Source of the DNA: Nanobdellota archaeon
Lineage (GTDB): Archaea; Nanobdellota; Nanobdellia; Parvarchaeales; Parvarchaeaceae
Length of the DNA stretch: 64,000 nucleotides
NCBI GenBank assembly: GCA_021791655.1
Contig: JAJYWD010000001.1
Coordinates: forward strand, 32,655-96,654
Direction of reading: 5' to 3'
The position numbers and the translations under genes are program-made. The number at the start of each line of letters is the position of its first letter. The stretch's first letter is position 1. The notes beneath the pieces were generated by a model. That model ran no database searches, was not told where the DNA came from, and saw only the letters and a program-made list of their open reading frames with translations. This document shows, piece after piece, positions 63,596 to 64,000 of this stretch.

Positions 63596-64000
63596 GGCCT
63601 TGATTAGTTAATGTTTCTTGTCGTCTTTAAATTAAGTAAAATTTGAGGTGTGAATATGAAAGACGATGCGAGAAAAAGAATCTTTGATAATGAAATCAAA
63701 GACATTACAAACGGCTCTGATATCTTAAATATAAACAAGAAGATTCTTTTATAGTTCTTAAACTTCAAGCAAAGCCAAGGCCTCACGTTCAATCGGGTGA
63801 ATCGAATATCCGTGGCCCTTAAACATATCTTTAGAAGCGTCAAGTATAATGTGCGGGCCATAGATTAGAAGAAGGCCCAAGGAATAGTCATAGCCATCAA
63901 TAGCAATTCCAAATGGAAAGACTGGACAAAGAACTCTAATGTAAAAGTCTTCAAGAACTTCCTTCGATGGCTCAACAAAACATATAAGACAACGATAGAT

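Noticed and set aside
63604-63861. 85-aa minus-strand ORF just after tRNA-Glu
   Set aside because: A/T-rich low-complexity translation (Leu/Ile/Phe/Lys), no start context, and it overlaps the better candidate frames. Probably intergenic.
1-64000. Search by eye for CRISPR arrays, rRNA genes, IS/transposase genes or long inverted/direct repeats
   Set aside because: No regularly spaced direct repeats, no rRNA-like conserved blocks and no transposase-like ORFs were seen. The only mobile-element hint is the start-less integrase-like frame at the extreme 3' edge, which is reported as a low-confidence finding.

Overview
The window is a 64 kb chromosomal segment from a low-GC (roughly 40-45 %) archaeon. 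The placement rests on archaeal ribosomal proteins eL15, eL33, uS3, uL22, uS19 and uL2, plus TFB, aIF5B, RtcB with archease, a Hef helicase lacking its nuclease domain, intron-containing tRNA and leaderless genes with TATA boxes. Codon usage (AGA/AGG arginine, ATA isoleucine) and gene content suggest a Thermoplasmatales-like or other small-genome acidophilic lineage, but this is not certain. Gene density is high, with many 1-20 nt overlaps and ATGA junctions. Recognisable content in order: sucCD, an MBL hydrolase, tRNA-Ser and an Ogg glycosylase. Then a thiI-archease-rtcB tRNA-repair operon, a spermidine-synthase-like gene, an MMPL exporter divergent from a TrmB regulator, a Mug glycosylase, SMC, KsgA and an M24 peptidase. 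Then an isolated nuoJKLMN membrane-arm module, a truncated ribosomal block (uL2-uS19-uL22-uS3-uL29), an M16 peptidase, an SPFH protein and a HAD hydrolase. Then tRNA-Thr, tatD and RNase Z, two tandem atypical NDK paralogues, dcd, a divergent EF-Tu-like GTPase, aIF5B, a sugar nucleotidyltransferase plus GT4 glycosyltransferase, TFB, Trm1, eL33, an MNT nucleotidyltransferase and Hef. Further on are eL15, a ParA/MinD ATPase, an intron-containing tRNA, a secF-secD operon, TrxB and tRNA-Glu. The most unusual content is the accessory-looking cell-surface material. (1) A tightly coupled minus-strand operon (48978-53834) encodes very Cys-rich, N-glycosylation-sequon-rich proteins with prepilin-like N-termini, apparently co-oriented with rpl15e. 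(2) A 577-aa unknown protein is followed by four tandem 50-61 aa single-TM peptides with [K/R]G-hydrophobic class-III-signal-like N-termini (44328-46758). (3) At least four further pilin-like proteins carry a DUF361-like 'QxSxEY' N-terminus, one co-transcribed with glycosylation enzymes. (4) An extension of the secFD operon encodes a GalT-like enzyme, a heavily glycosylated secreted protein, a CxxC membrane oxidoreductase-like protein and a small winged-helix protein. Other unusual items are a protein with a nucleoside-2-deoxyribosyltransferase-like C-terminal domain, the truncated divergent EF-Tu-like GTPase followed by a 730-bp non-coding gap, and twin NDKs with an 'HASGN' active site. There is also a possible integrase N-terminal fragment after tRNA-Glu at the window edge. 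No CRISPR array, rRNA or obvious transposon was seen. All assignments are from reading motifs by eye; nothing was searched against databases.
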